A DNA stretch of 64,000 nt from an uncultured Clostridia bacterium (GTDB lineage Bacteria > Bacillota > Clostridia > TANB77 > CAG-508). The notes below the pieces were generated by a model. The model searched no databases. It saw nothing but the letters and a program-made list of their open reading frames with translations, and was not told the DNA's origin. Where the stretch lies: contig CALXND010000001.1 of NCBI GenBank assembly GCA_944389655.1, positions 954 to 64,953 on the forward strand, written 5' to 3'. This document shows positions 30,647 to 40,822 of the stretch, piece by piece. Both the position numbers and the translations under genes were made by a program. Numbering within the stretch: position 1 is the first letter of the stretch; each line of letters begins with the position of its first letter.

Positions 30647-33268
30647 TTAAATATTTTCTTTTCTAATGGTTTCTATAATATTTTGTTTATTTATTTTGCT
30701 TATCGCAAATTTCATTATTATAAATATTATAGCAAGTACAAATACCGAAGCGGCAATGATCGCACCAATTGGCCATATGAAGCCAAAGTCCAAAGATTTG
30801 GCAAATGCTTTATATATTGCAAATGAAGCAATTAGTCCTAAAACAATTCCATATAGTAAGGCTTTAAATGAGTAAAATACTGTTTCTAGATTTATCATTT
30901 TATTAAATTCTTTCCTTGTCATTCCAATACTTTTTAGCATTGCAAATTCTTTTTGTCTTAGCTCTATATTGGACGTTAATGTATTAAATATGTTTGTTAC
31001 TCCTATTAAAGTAATAACTACAATAAATCCATATGCAAATATTGATGTTAATAACCTTACTGCCTGATAAAACTTCACTTGTTTATCAATGTTTTGAACG
31101 GTACAATCATGATATGTTTCAGAAAGATTTCTTTCTACCTCTGTTGGATTTTCCACATTTATTGCTATGTCTGTAGGTTCAAAGTCTATTCTATCTTTAT
31201 ATCCATCTACATTTATTATGATAGCACCATTTCCATATGTTGCACCTTCTAATCCACTTGGCATTTTGTCTGTAATTTCCGCTATTTCTAGGTCGAATTT
31301 TTCTCCGTTTAATTCACCTTTTAGCGTATCTCCTTTTTTGTAATTATAGGTCCTTCCTCTAATTGTTGTCCCATCTTCCTGGTAAATATTTGAATAATCA
31401 TTAAATATTATTTTATCTTTTACAGTATTATAATTTAAATTAAGCTCTTTTGCAAACTTTTTAAAATCTTTATTATCTAAACCTATAACAGTAGCTTGTG
31501 GTGCATATTCATCAGTTTCATTATATCCCATTTTTTCTATAGCAAAATCAGATACAATATTTTCATCTTGTAGTGTCATGAAAGCAGACTCTTCTCTATG
31601 TGATACACCATAAATTAGAGTATAATCTTCAAACTTCTCGTTATGCAATATATCTAGTAACTCTTCCCCTCCTGTTTTGGTTGAAATTACTTTAATATTG
31701 TAGTCATAATCTTCATAATATCCCCCCATAGCTTCAAATGCATATGTAATTAACGTAGATGTTGCAATAAATATAAATACGCTAATAGCAATTGATACTA
31801 CAGTGGTTCTATATTTCTTTTTACTTCTTTTTAAGTTTTTATATGCTATTACTCCACCAATTCCAAATATCTTTTTAATTATTTTTGGTGATTTTACTTT
31901 TTTACTATTTACTTTTATCTCTTTAGTGCTTCTTATTGCTTCTAAAGGTGTTACCTTTCTTGCTTTTCTTGCAGCGGACAAACAAGATAAGTAGACCGTT
32001 ACTATTCCTAACATAGCAGCTATAATAATTGGTAAAATAGATATACTAAACACAACTTCTACATCTACAACTCCATTTAGAATTTTCCTTACAATTATTA
32101 CTAAAATGTATACAGCTAATATCCCTGCTAATATTCCAACTGGTATACCAATTAGACTTAAAAGCATTCCTTCCTCTATTACGCTTTTTTTAATTTGTTT
32201 CTTAGTTGCACCAACACTAGATAACATTCCATACATTTTTATTTTTTCTGTTAATGATATCGAAAACGCATTTTTAATACAATACACACTTGTTATCATT
32301 ATAATTACAATTGCTACGATTGCAACTGCAAAAATCATTGCTATAGTAGAATCGCTTGCACTTAAAGCTTCCCAATTTAACAAATCATAATTTATAGAAT
32401 AAACATAATCGGTATCAGCAAAATTTCCAGAGTTTAGTTCTAAGCCTATCATCTCTTTAAAATCTTCCTCACAGTTTCGTGGATTACTAAGAGCAATATA
32501 AATATCCTTTTTTCCTTCTTCTAATCCATTTGTAATGCATGCAAAACCTGCATCTTGTATGAAAGATATTCTCCTTATAGGCATATCATTGTTTGATACA
32601 AAACCTACTATAGTAAACTCTCTGCTAAAATTTACTTTTAAATTTTCCTCTGTTATTCTTTGTGGCTCACTAATATTTTCTCCTATAACAAGTTCGTTAC
32701 TTGTAGTTTTTTGACTCCCATCTGGTTTATATGCATATTCATAAGGTAAATAGTCCCATCCTGAATTAATATATTCCTCTCCTGCATATCTGTCACCTAA
32801 ATTTAATGTGACTTTATCTCCTATTTTATATTCCTTTGTAGAATATTTTAATATATCTTCATTAATTAATATTTCATTACTATTCTCTGGATATCTACCA
32901 TCTATTAACTCAAGATGCATATTATCAAAACTATTCATATCCATTGAATATAAATGAATATACGGTCTATCACTATTAGTGTTGCCCTCAAGATTAGAAT
33001 ATCCAACATCTTTTACTACATTTACATCTTTTACATCACGATTATTTCTGAATTTTTCTGCATCCTCATTAGTCACATTAGACAATTTCAAATGATAATA
33101 TCCAGTATCTTTAACAATAGTCTCAACCATACTTCTTTGAAGGCTCGTAGCCATTCCTGCCACAGCACAAATAAGAGCTGTTGATAATACTATTCCAATA
33201 ATTGTGCCTATAGTTCTTTTTTTGTTTAGCTTAAAGCTTCTCACAGTAAGCTTTTTAAAAATATTCAT
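30647..33268 (-). CDS. ABC transporter permease with two FtsX-type modules, each carrying a large extracytoplasmic domain (YbbP/MacB-duplicated type), about 873 aa
   Basis: Hydropathy by eye shows TM1, ECD1 (~250 aa), 3 TM, TM5, ECD2 (~220 aa), 3 TM. Start is set at MNIFKK with GGAAGGAG upstream; the track start MRRGRSKG reads into the repeat. Confidence 0.8.
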   Translation of the reverse strand: MNIFKKLTVRSFKLNKKRTIGTIIGIVLSTALICAVAGMATSLQRSMVETIVKDTGYYHLKLSNVTNEDAEKFRNNRDVKDVNVVKDVGYSNLEGNTNSDRPYIHLYSMDMNSFDNMHLELIDGRYPENSNEILINEDILKYSTKEYKIGDKVTLNLGDRYAGEEYINSGWDYLPYEYAYKPDGSQKTTSNELVIGENISEPQRITEENLKVNFSREFTIVGFVSNNDMPIRRISFIQDAGFACITNGLEEGKKDIYIALSNPRNCEEDFKEMIGLELNSGNFADTDYVYSINYDLLNWEALSASDSTIAMIFAVAIVAIVIIMITSVYCIKNAFSISLTEKIKMYGMLSSVGATKKQIKKSVIEEGMLLSLIGIPVGILAGILAVYILVIIVRKILNGVVDVEVVFSISILPIIIAAMLGIVTVYLSCLSAARKARKVTPLEAIRSTKEIKVNSKKVKSPKIIKKIFGIGGVIAYKNLKRSKKKYRTTVVSIAISVFIFIATSTLITYAFEAMGGYYEDYDYNIKVISTKTGGEELLDILHNEKFEDYTLIYGVSHREESAFMTLQDENIVSDFAIEKMGYNETDEYAPQATVIGLDNKDFKKFAKELNLNYNTVKDKIIFNDYSNIYQEDGTTIRGRTYNYKKGDTLKGELNGEKFDLEIAEITDKMPSGLEGATYGNGAIIINVDGYKDRIDFEPTDIAINVENPTEVERNLSETYHDCTVQNIDKQVKFYQAVRLLTSIFAYGFIVVITLIGVTNIFNTLTSNIELRQKEFAMLKSIGMTRKEFNKMINLETVFYSFKALLYGIVLGLIASFAIYKAFAKSLDFGFIWPIGAIIAASVFVLAIIFIIMKFAISKINKQNIIETIRKENI

Positions 33269-33284
33269 ACCTTTACTCCTTCCT

Positions 33285-33397
33285 CTGCGCAATTGGGGAC
33301 GGGCTTGTTTTGCGCAAGTTTAGTTATGTTTATAATTATAAATTTACTATAAAATAATAATATTTGCGCAAAACAAGCCCGTCCCCAATTGCGCAAA
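33285..33397. repeat. Palindrome-family variant pair (ctgcgcaattggggacgggcttgttttgcgcaa ... ttgcgcaaaacaagcccgtccccaattgcgcaaa) flanking a 46-bp AT-rich spacer
   Basis: Perfect 33-bp inverted arms read from the sequence. Confidence 0.85.
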
Positions 33398-33435
33398 ATG
33401 GTATTGTAATCATTCGTTCTACTGCGTTTTGGAGA

Positions 33436-33467
33436 TTGCGCAAATAGGGTCTGACCCTATTTGCGCA
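33436..33467. repeat. GC-rich palindrome copy (ttgcgcaaatagggtctgaccctatttgcgca)
   Basis: Perfect palindrome, a variant of the family consensus (tagggtctgaccctat). Confidence 0.9.
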
Positions 33468-34122
33468 TTTTTCCGTCCTCTATTTCTATGACTCTATCTG
33501 CTATTTTTGCAATTTCTATATTATGTGTAATCATAATAATAGTTTGCTTATATTCTTTGTTAGATTTTTTTAATAAATTTATTATTTCGTCACTTGATTT
33601 TGAATCTAAATTTCCTGTTGGTTCATCGGCTAGTATTATGCTTGGGTTTGTAATTATTGCTCTTCCAATTGATGTTCGTTGTTGTTGTCCACCAGAAAGT
33701 TCATTTGGTAAATGCTTCCTCCTTGTTTCTAATCCAAGTGTTTTTAATAAATTATTTAATTCTTGTTTATCCACTTTTCTATTATCTAAATCACAAGGAA
33801 GAGTTATATTTTCCTCTACATTTAATATTGGAATTAAATTATAGAATTGATATATTAACCCCACTTGTCTTCTCCTAAAAATTGCTAAATTATCGTCATT
33901 CATTTTGTATATATCTTTGCCATCTATAAATACTTTTCCACTGGTTGGCCTATCTACACCTCCAATTAAATGTAGTAGTGTGGACTTTCCACTTCCACTT
34001 GCTCCAACTATCGCAACAAACTCTCCTTTGTCTACTGTAAATGAGATGTTGTCTATTGCAACTACTTTAGATTCGTCTTTTCCATATACTTTAGTTAAAT
34101 TCTCTACTCTTAGTATTTCCAT
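33457..34122 (-). CDS. ABC transporter ATP-binding protein (partner of the 30647..33268 permease), about 221 aa
   Basis: Walker A GASGSGKST, LSGGQQQR signature and Walker B ILADEPTGNLD. The track start is a GTG; ATG MEILRV with AAAGGGTG upstream is preferred. Confidence 0.9.
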   Translation of the reverse strand: MEILRVENLTKVYGKDESKVVAIDNISFTVDKGEFVAIVGASGSGKSTLLHLIGGVDRPTSGKVFIDGKDIYKMNDDNLAIFRRRQVGLIYQFYNLIPILNVEENITLPCDLDNRKVDKQELNNLLKTLGLETRRKHLPNELSGGQQQRTSIGRAIITNPSIILADEPTGNLDSKSSDEIINLLKKSNKEYKQTIIMITHNIEIAKIADRVIEIEDGKMRK

Positions 34123-34140
34123 ACGTTTCACCCTTTCTTA

Positions 34141-34170
34141 GTGCAATTGGGGACTGTCCCCAATTGCACT
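34141..34170. repeat. 30-bp perfect palindrome gtgcaattggggactgtccccaattgcac (palindrome-family variant)
   Basis: Read from the sequence, immediately upstream of the ABC ATPase start. Confidence 0.85.
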
Positions 34171-34474
34171 CTTATTTTTCTTAATTATACAATTTCTAAA
34201 GTGACAGGTAAGTGACAAAGAAAAAATTATAAGAATTTTTTATTGTATAGAAACAATTGTCTCTTCAATTGATATTTTAGTGCTTTTAATGATTTTTTTC
34301 CTATATAACAAAATTAGGTTTCCTTGGGCTGTGCATATTTGCGAAGCAAAATGCACATGTATGCGTCGAAAGCTCTGCTTTCGCTAACGCACACCTTTCT
34401 TATAAATAAAAAGAACAGTACGTATGAAATTTAATTAATACTTACTGTTCTTTTTATTTTAAGCAAATTCTTGC

Positions 34475-34969
34475 TTAGTCTTTTTCATCAACTACTATTT
34501 CTTGTATAGCAATTACAATTGAGCCTGTATTAGGACTATATACACTCTCAAAATATGGTATATTTTTCAAAAGTTCTGCCATATACTCTAATGTAAGTGT
34601 GGGCTCTATTGTTAATATTTCAAAGTTTTCCATAATTTCTACCATGTACTGTAAATCCTGATAAAAAACGGAGTTTTTTATATCATTGGTAGTACTCCAA
34701 GTTACATTTTCTTTCTGTTTTGAAAACATGACTTCACAATAAAAATGACTATCTTCTTCAAATAATCGCACTTCTTTAACCCATAAGTCTAGATTGTCTG
34801 TGGAATTTGTAGAAGAGGCAAAAATTTGTATACACATGGATGCATAATTTTCTGCATCTTCCCTTATTTTTTTCTTTTTTTCTTCTTCTTTTTTTCTAAT
34901 TTCATTTAACTTATCTTGCCGAGCCTTATAAACAGCTTCCGCAAAACTTCCTAATTTTGTCTGTTCCAT
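34475..34969 (-). CDS. Hypothetical protein, 164 aa
   Basis: ORF in the dominant orientation with a lysine/glutamate-rich N-terminus. No motif recognised. Confidence 0.4.
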   Translation of the reverse strand: MEQTKLGSFAEAVYKARQDKLNEIRKKEEEKKKKIREDAENYASMCIQIFASSTNSTDNLDLWVKEVRLFEEDSHFYCEVMFSKQKENVTWSTTNDIKNSVFYQDLQYMVEIMENFEILTIEPTLTLEYMAELLKNIPYFESVYSPNTGSIVIAIQEIVVDEKD

Positions 34970-35296
34970 ATTTTTTCCTCCTATATAATAGTTGACTACT
35001 TTTAATAAGTTACATAACTATTTTATCATATCTTACATGAATTTTCAAGATTTACCTCATTAAACCATTGCATAATGATTTATGAATAAAGTTTTTAAAA
35101 TTTATTTTAGAATAAAATAGTAGATATACTTCTTTGTCTTTTGTTAATTCAGTTTCTCTTCTACAATTTCTATGCCTACTTAATATTTTTGTGTGACCAA
35201 TATGAATTCGTATTTTAATAAATTTCTTAGTAACATTATATTTTCTTTCTTATTGAATATAATATTAAAAGTGTATTTTATTTAAAGGAGGTTATA

Positions 35297-36199
35297 ATGT
35301 TTGATAATTATCCATGTATCCCATATATAGGATACAAAGACGAAAATGTAAGAACCCCAATTACTTTTCCTGCTCAACATCAAGCTTTTCAGCCAGGTTT
35401 AGAATATGAGATGAAGCCACAACCAATTTTTGATAATCCCAATTATATTCCGGGCCAAAAATTGCAAGATAAGGTAGTTGTCATTTCTGGTGGAGATAGT
35501 GGCATTGGCCGTGCTATTAGCTTACTTTTTGCTAAAGAAGGTGCCGATATCGTAATAAGCTATCTTAATGAACACGAAGATGCTAATTATACTAAAAGTC
35601 TAGTAGAAAGTTGTGGTAGAAGGTGCATATTAATACCAGGTGATTTACGTGATGAAAATTTGTCAACTTATATTGCAGATACTACCATGAATTGTTTTGG
35701 AAAAATTGATGTTTTAATAAATAATTGTGGTGTTCAATTTCCTCAAAATAGTATTTTAGATATTACAAGTCAACAATTACGAGACACTTTTGAAACAAAT
35801 ATCTTTACTTTTTTCTATTTAACTAAAGCTATTCTTCCTCACATGCAAGCAAATAGTAGCATTATAAATACTACATCCATTACTGCTTTTGATGGCAAAA
35901 AAAATTTAATTGACTATTCTGCTACAAAAGGTGCTATTACAGTGTTTACAAAGTCTCTTTCTTTATCTTTAGCCGATCAAAAGATAAGAGTAAATGCAGT
36001 TGCTCCCGGACCTATATGGACACCTCTTATTCCTTCTTCTTTTAATGAGCAGGAAGTAGAAATATTTGGTACCGAAACTCCATTAAAAAGAGCTGGTCAA
36101 CCTTTTGAACTAGCGCCAGCTTATTTATATTTAGCAAGTGATGACTCAAGATATGTTACAGGCCAGATTATTCACGTAAATGGTGGAACTATTGTATAA
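35297..36199 (+). CDS. Short-chain dehydrogenase/reductase (YhdF/YghA-like SDR), 300 aa
   Basis: Rossmann motif VISGGDSGIGRA, the NNCG motif and the catalytic Y-x-x-x-K (YSATKGA). GGAGG lies 6 nt upstream. One of the few plus-strand genes. Confidence 0.85.
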   Translation: MFDNYPCIPYIGYKDENVRTPITFPAQHQAFQPGLEYEMKPQPIFDNPNYIPGQKLQDKVVVISGGDSGIGRAISLLFAKEGADIVISYLNEHEDANYTKSLVESCGRRCILIPGDLRDENLSTYIADTTMNCFGKIDVLINNCGVQFPQNSILDITSQQLRDTFETNIFTFFYLTKAILPHMQANSSIINTTSITAFDGKKNLIDYSATKGAITVFTKSLSLSLADQKIRVNAVAPGPIWTPLIPSSFNEQEVEIFGTETPLKRAGQPFELAPAYLYLASDDSRYVTGQIIHVNGGTIV

Positions 36200-36282
36200 A
36201 TTGCTAAAATTAAGCAGCTTCGAGCAGCTTTGTTTTATGTATACATAAAGATAAATTGGGATCTGTCCCCAATTTATCATCT

Positions 36283-37059
36283 TTAACCTAGTGCTACATC
36301 CAAAATCATCATTATAACAAACCCTATTGCCACTCCTATTGTGCCAATATCTGTATGTTCTCCTTCTTGAGCCTCTGGTATTAACTCTTCTACTACAACA
36401 TAAATCATTGCGCCTGCTGCAAATGACAATATATATGGTAGTATTGGCAAAATAGTACTTGTAATTAGTATAGTAATAATTGCCCCTATTGGCTCTACTA
36501 TTCCAGATAGCATTCCATATATAAATGCTTTTGGTTTAGATACACCCTCTGCTCGTAAAGGCATTGAAATAATTGCTCCTTCTGGAAAGTTTTGTATTGC
36601 TATACCTATTGATAATGCCAATGCCCCTGCAAATGTTATACTGGTGCTTCCTGTCATCATTCCTGCCAAAACTACTCCCACTGCCATTCCCTCTGGAATG
36701 TTATGTAGTGTTACTGCAAAAACCATCATTGTAGAGTTTTTTAGTTTTGCTTTTAGTCCCTCTGGCTTAGTTGTTTTCATATGTAAGTGCGGTATAATAT
36801 GGTCCAGCATGAGCAAAAATAATATTCCTATAGAGAAACCTAATGCAGATGGAATCCACGCTACATGTCCTTGTTCTTCCGCCATGTCCATGGCTGGTAT
36901 TAAAAGTGACCATATTGATGCTGCCATCATTACTCCTGCTGCAAATCCTAATAGTAACTTTTCTATTTTTTTATTTATTTCCTTTTTCATAAAAAATACC
37001 ATTGCGGAACCAAGTGTGGTTCCTAAAAAAGGAATTAGTAGACCTAGTGCTATGTTCAT
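36283..37059 (-). CDS. zupT: ZIP-family divalent metal transporter (ZupT-like), 258 aa
   Basis: Eight-TM profile with the conserved HNIPEG (LHNIPEGMAVG) and NFPEGA motifs. Confidence 0.85.
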   Translation of the reverse strand: MNIALGLLIPFLGTTLGSAMVFFMKKEINKKIEKLLLGFAAGVMMAASIWSLLIPAMDMAEEQGHVAWIPSALGFSIGILFLLMLDHIIPHLHMKTTKPEGLKAKLKNSTMMVFAVTLHNIPEGMAVGVVLAGMMTGSTSITFAGALALSIGIAIQNFPEGAIISMPLRAEGVSKPKAFIYGMLSGIVEPIGAIITILITSTILPILPYILSFAAGAMIYVVVEELIPEAQEGEHTDIGTIGVAIGFVIMMILDVALG

Positions 37060-37175
37060 TTTTAAATCTCCTCTCTTACAGATTTTTCAATTCTTTTCTA
37101 ATTGTATAAAAAAATCTTCTCTTTATTGGGTATTTTAGTACTTCTAACAATTTTTTCTGTACAACAAGGTTAATT

Positions 37176-39101
37176 TTATAATAAGTTATTATTTAGTTCT
37201 TCCCATTTTATCATTTTGCTTTCTATTTCTTCATTCATCTCCTGAATTTTGTCTTGTAATTCTTTTAATTTTACATAGTCTGTACTAATTTCTTCTTGTA
37301 TCATTTCTTGCTTTGTTTTTTTAATTTTTTCCTCAATTTCTTCTATTTCTTTTTCTAATTTAGTGATTTTATTTTTTGTTCTGTTTTTTTCTTTATTAAT
37401 AAAATATGTATTTTCTTTTTTGTTTGAAGTGGTTTTAGTATTTTCTTCCTTCAATTCATTATTGCCTAAGTTTAATTTCACATCTTGCCTATCAAGGTCT
37501 TCCTTCTTGTGCATATATTCTTCATATGTACCTTTAAAATAAGTCACCTTGCCCGGCTTAAATATTAGCAAGCTATCTGCAATTTTATTTACAAAATATC
37601 TATCATGAGAAACGAAAATCATAGTCCCTTTATACTCACTTAATATATTTTCTAAACTTTCCTTACCTACAATGTCCATATGATTAGTAGGTTCATCAAG
37701 TAAAAGTAAATTTGGACCCTTTTTAAAGATTTTGCATAATTGTAAGCGTCCTTTTTCTCCTCCTGAAAGCACTTTTATTTTTTTGAAAACATCTTCTCCC
37801 GAGAATAGAAATGTTCCTAAAATAGTACGTATTTGCGTTGTAGTAAGGTTTGGAAAACTTTCGTAAAATTCATCAAATACAGTATTTCCTTCATTTGAAA
37901 ATTCCATTTGTTGATCAAAATATCCTTTTTTTACATGATACCCATACTCGAATTCACCACCAAGTTTTGGTATGTCTCCATTAAGTGTTTTTAGTAAAGT
38001 AGATTTACCAATTCCATTCTCTCCTATTACAGCAAGTTTCTGCCCTTTATATAGTTCAAATGATATTTTTTGAATAGGCTTATTATACCCAATTTGTAGC
38101 TCTTTAGCCGTTAGTACCATTTTTCCACTTTCTATCTCTATATTAAAATTAGTATGAAATGTTTTTAAATCGTATTTGTTCGGTTCATCTATAATATTCA
38201 TTCTTTCTATCTGCTTTAGTTTAGATAGTGCCATTTTTGCCTTCGTGGGCTTGTACCTAAACCTATCTGCTATAGCTTGTAATCTTTTTATTTCTTCTTG
38301 CTGATATTCATAGTCTTTTAATTGTTTTTCATAATTTATTCTTTTTTGCTTTTCAAATTCTGTATAATTTCCTGTATATTCTTTTATATTTCCATATTCT
38401 ATTTCATAAACTTTATTTACGATTTTATTTAAGAACATTCTATCATGAGATACTATTACCACTGCATTTGGATAGGTTTTTAAGTAATTTTCTAGCCATT
38501 CTATTGCTGTAATATCTAAATGATTTGTTGGTTCGTCTAAAAGTAATATATCTGGTTTGCTAAGTAATAACTTTAAAAATGCTATTTTAGTTTTTTGCCC
38601 TCCTGAGAACTCATTTATTTTTTTGTATTTGTCCTCTTCTGAAAAACCAAATTTCTTTATTGCAATTTCATATTCTTTCTTATAAGTATATCCGCCAATC
38701 TGCTCTAATCTGTCTACACTATTTGTGTAGTCTTTAATTAGTTCGTCGCTTTGATTAGTCTCAAGCTCTTTTTGAAGTCTTTTTAGTTTTTCCTCCAATT
38801 CAGTTATAGGTTTATATACTTTTAAAATTTCTTCAATCATACTACAATTTGAATTTTCAAATTCGATTTGCTTTAAATATCCAATTTGTGGTGTCCCTTG
38901 TTTATATACTCCAAATTTTTCTGTTCCTATGCCCTCTTCTAACATAGAATTATCTACAATTGCCTTTAATAGAGTGGTCTTTCCGCTTCCATTTCTCCCA
39001 ACAATTGCAATTTTATCTTTTTCCTTTATTTCAAAATTTATTTCTTCTATTATTGTCTCTGCTCCTAATGTAATCATGCCATTTACTATTTTGTAGTTCA
39101 T
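37176..39101 (-). CDS. ABC-F family ATPase (two tandem ABC domains plus C-terminal coiled-coil), 641 aa
   Basis: Two Walker A sites (GRNGSGKTT, GENGIGKST), two LSGG signatures, no TM segments, and a K/E-rich C-terminal tail. Confidence 0.85.
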   Translation of the reverse strand: MNYKIVNGMITLGAETIIEEINFEIKEKDKIAIVGRNGSGKTTLLKAIVDNSMLEEGIGTEKFGVYKQGTPQIGYLKQIEFENSNCSMIEEILKVYKPITELEEKLKRLQKELETNQSDELIKDYTNSVDRLEQIGGYTYKKEYEIAIKKFGFSEEDKYKKINEFSGGQKTKIAFLKLLLSKPDILLLDEPTNHLDITAIEWLENYLKTYPNAVVIVSHDRMFLNKIVNKVYEIEYGNIKEYTGNYTEFEKQKRINYEKQLKDYEYQQEEIKRLQAIADRFRYKPTKAKMALSKLKQIERMNIIDEPNKYDLKTFHTNFNIEIESGKMVLTAKELQIGYNKPIQKISFELYKGQKLAVIGENGIGKSTLLKTLNGDIPKLGGEFEYGYHVKKGYFDQQMEFSNEGNTVFDEFYESFPNLTTTQIRTILGTFLFSGEDVFKKIKVLSGGEKGRLQLCKIFKKGPNLLLLDEPTNHMDIVGKESLENILSEYKGTMIFVSHDRYFVNKIADSLLIFKPGKVTYFKGTYEEYMHKKEDLDRQDVKLNLGNNELKEENTKTTSNKKENTYFINKEKNRTKNKITKLEKEIEEIEEKIKKTKQEMIQEEISTDYVKLKELQDKIQEMNEEIESKMIKWEELNNNLL

Positions 39102-39124
39102 TTTTATGTACTTTCCTTTCTGCG

Positions 39125-39622
39125 TTATACAAAGTTTATTTCTTTTACATTATCTTCTATTAAAAACTCTATTTCTTCATGAGTCCCTTTTGCTTCTATT
39201 ATTTGGTCTGTAGGTAGTTTTAAATATGTACCTTCTGCATTTGCTAATACATTTCCATGAATGTCTAATATTTTTGCTTCTGCCTTTAGAAACTTTGGTG
39301 TGGATTTAATAACACTGCCTACACCAATTAAATCCTCTCCATATGGTACTGGTTTCCTATATTCTGTATTTAGCTTCATGGTTACTGCGAATTGACTCTC
39401 GTCTTCTACCCAGTAAGCTCTTAAACCTAGCTCATCTAACATTGCAGTAATTAAACCTCCATGAACTCTCCCTGGATAGCTTTGGTGAATGTCTTGAAAT
39501 TTAAACTTGGTCATTACTGTATTGTCCTCCATGCTATAAAAAGCTGCTTGCACTCCAAATTTATTTTCTACACCACATATTGCACACATTTTACTATTTT
39601 TTTGTTTATTTACTACTTTCAT
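39125..39622 (-). CDS. Hotdog-fold thioesterase (PaaI/YbgC-like), 165 aa
   Basis: VHGGLITAMLDE motif in the central helix. Confidence 0.7.
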   Translation of the reverse strand: MKVVNKQKNSKMCAICGVENKFGVQAAFYSMEDNTVMTKFKFQDIHQSYPGRVHGGLITAMLDELGLRAYWVEDESQFAVTMKLNTEYRKPVPYGEDLIGVGSVIKSTPKFLKAEAKILDIHGNVLANAEGTYLKLPTDQIIEAKGTHEEIEFLIEDNVKEINFV

Positions 39623-39821
39623 TTTCTAATCCCAATCCTTTCCTAAATTGTATGTTACGATTCACAGCCTATTTCTTAAAGCTACTCCAAATATTATATT
39701 TCTCTTAAGTAGTTCCACGTGTATTCATCTAACAGCAAGGGAAAGCGGATTTTGTATAGATTATTTTTAATTAGATGTGAATTGTAACCGTTCCTTTTTT
39801 AGCCTAGATAATATATGTTTT

Positions 39822-40728
39822 TTATTCTCGTATTACTTTTATTGCCTCTGGTAAGCATCTTACTGTGTCCGATGCTATCATACTTATATCTGTATATTTT
39901 TTCTCAGCTATTTCTCCTGCTAGTCCATTAATATATGCTCCTGCTGATATAGTAAGTAAGTCCGCCTCATCAAAGCCAAGAAGCCCCACCAAAATACCTG
40001 ATAGTACATCTCCGCTTCCTGCTGTTGCCATTCCACTACAACCGTCTCTTTACTAAATATACTGTTTTGCCATCTGTTATAACCGTTGTAGGACCTTTTA
40101 AAAGCAATATGATATTATATTCTTTTGCAAATCCCCTTGCTATATTTATTTCATTTCCTTTAATACCTTCTATTTTTATTTTGCTTAGTCTCTCAAATTC
40201 TTTTAAGTGCGGAGTAAGAATTACTTTGCATTTGGTACTTTTAAGAATATTCATATTCATTCTAGCCAAAGTATTTAAACCATCGGCATCTATTACAACT
40301 GGCAGATTATAGTTTGTTAAAATATATTGTAATATCTTTTCATATTCTTTGCTTTCTCCCCAGCCCATTCCTATTGCAAGTGCCTTTAACTTATTTAGTG
40401 CCTTATCTATTTGTTTATCTACAAATTGCATTTTGCCATCTTTATCATCGATGGTAAACATGGTTTGTTCTAGCAAATATGGTGCTACTATATTTGAAAT
40501 TTCTTTTGGTACAATAAGTCTTGTTACTCCACAACCTGCTCTCATTGATGCTGCACTTAAATTTGCAAGTTTTACTGCTCCTGAATATTCTAAAGAGCCT
40601 CCCATTATGCCAATGTACCCATAATCTCCCTTGTTAGTATCACTTAATCTTTGTTTAAATTTACTTTTTAAGTCTTTTGCTTCTATTTCGTATACGCCAT
40701 CACTTATAGTCTTCATTATAAAATTCAT
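39822..40728 (-). pseudogene. nnr: NAD(P)H-hydrate dehydratase (YjeF C-terminal/Nnr2 carbohydrate-kinase family) split by a +/-1 frameshift at 40031-40040
   Basis: The upstream ORF (GDYGYIGIMGGSLEYSGAVKLA ... VITDGKTVYLVKRRL*) and the downstream 69-aa ORF (MATAGSGDVLSGILVGLL, the conserved C-terminal motif) are one gene. The two frames join if one A is removed from the run in gtaaagagacgg, giving ...VYLVRDGCSGMATAGSGD. The N-terminal start is uncertain; it is set after the overlap with the upstream gene. Confidence 0.65.
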
Positions 40729-40822
40729 TCCTTTCTCGCTTTGCTCAAAGGCACACATAGTTATAAAAGAATGTTCTTTCAAACTAAAGCCCCTTTCGTT
40801 TGACCTAGTTTTATTCTTATTA

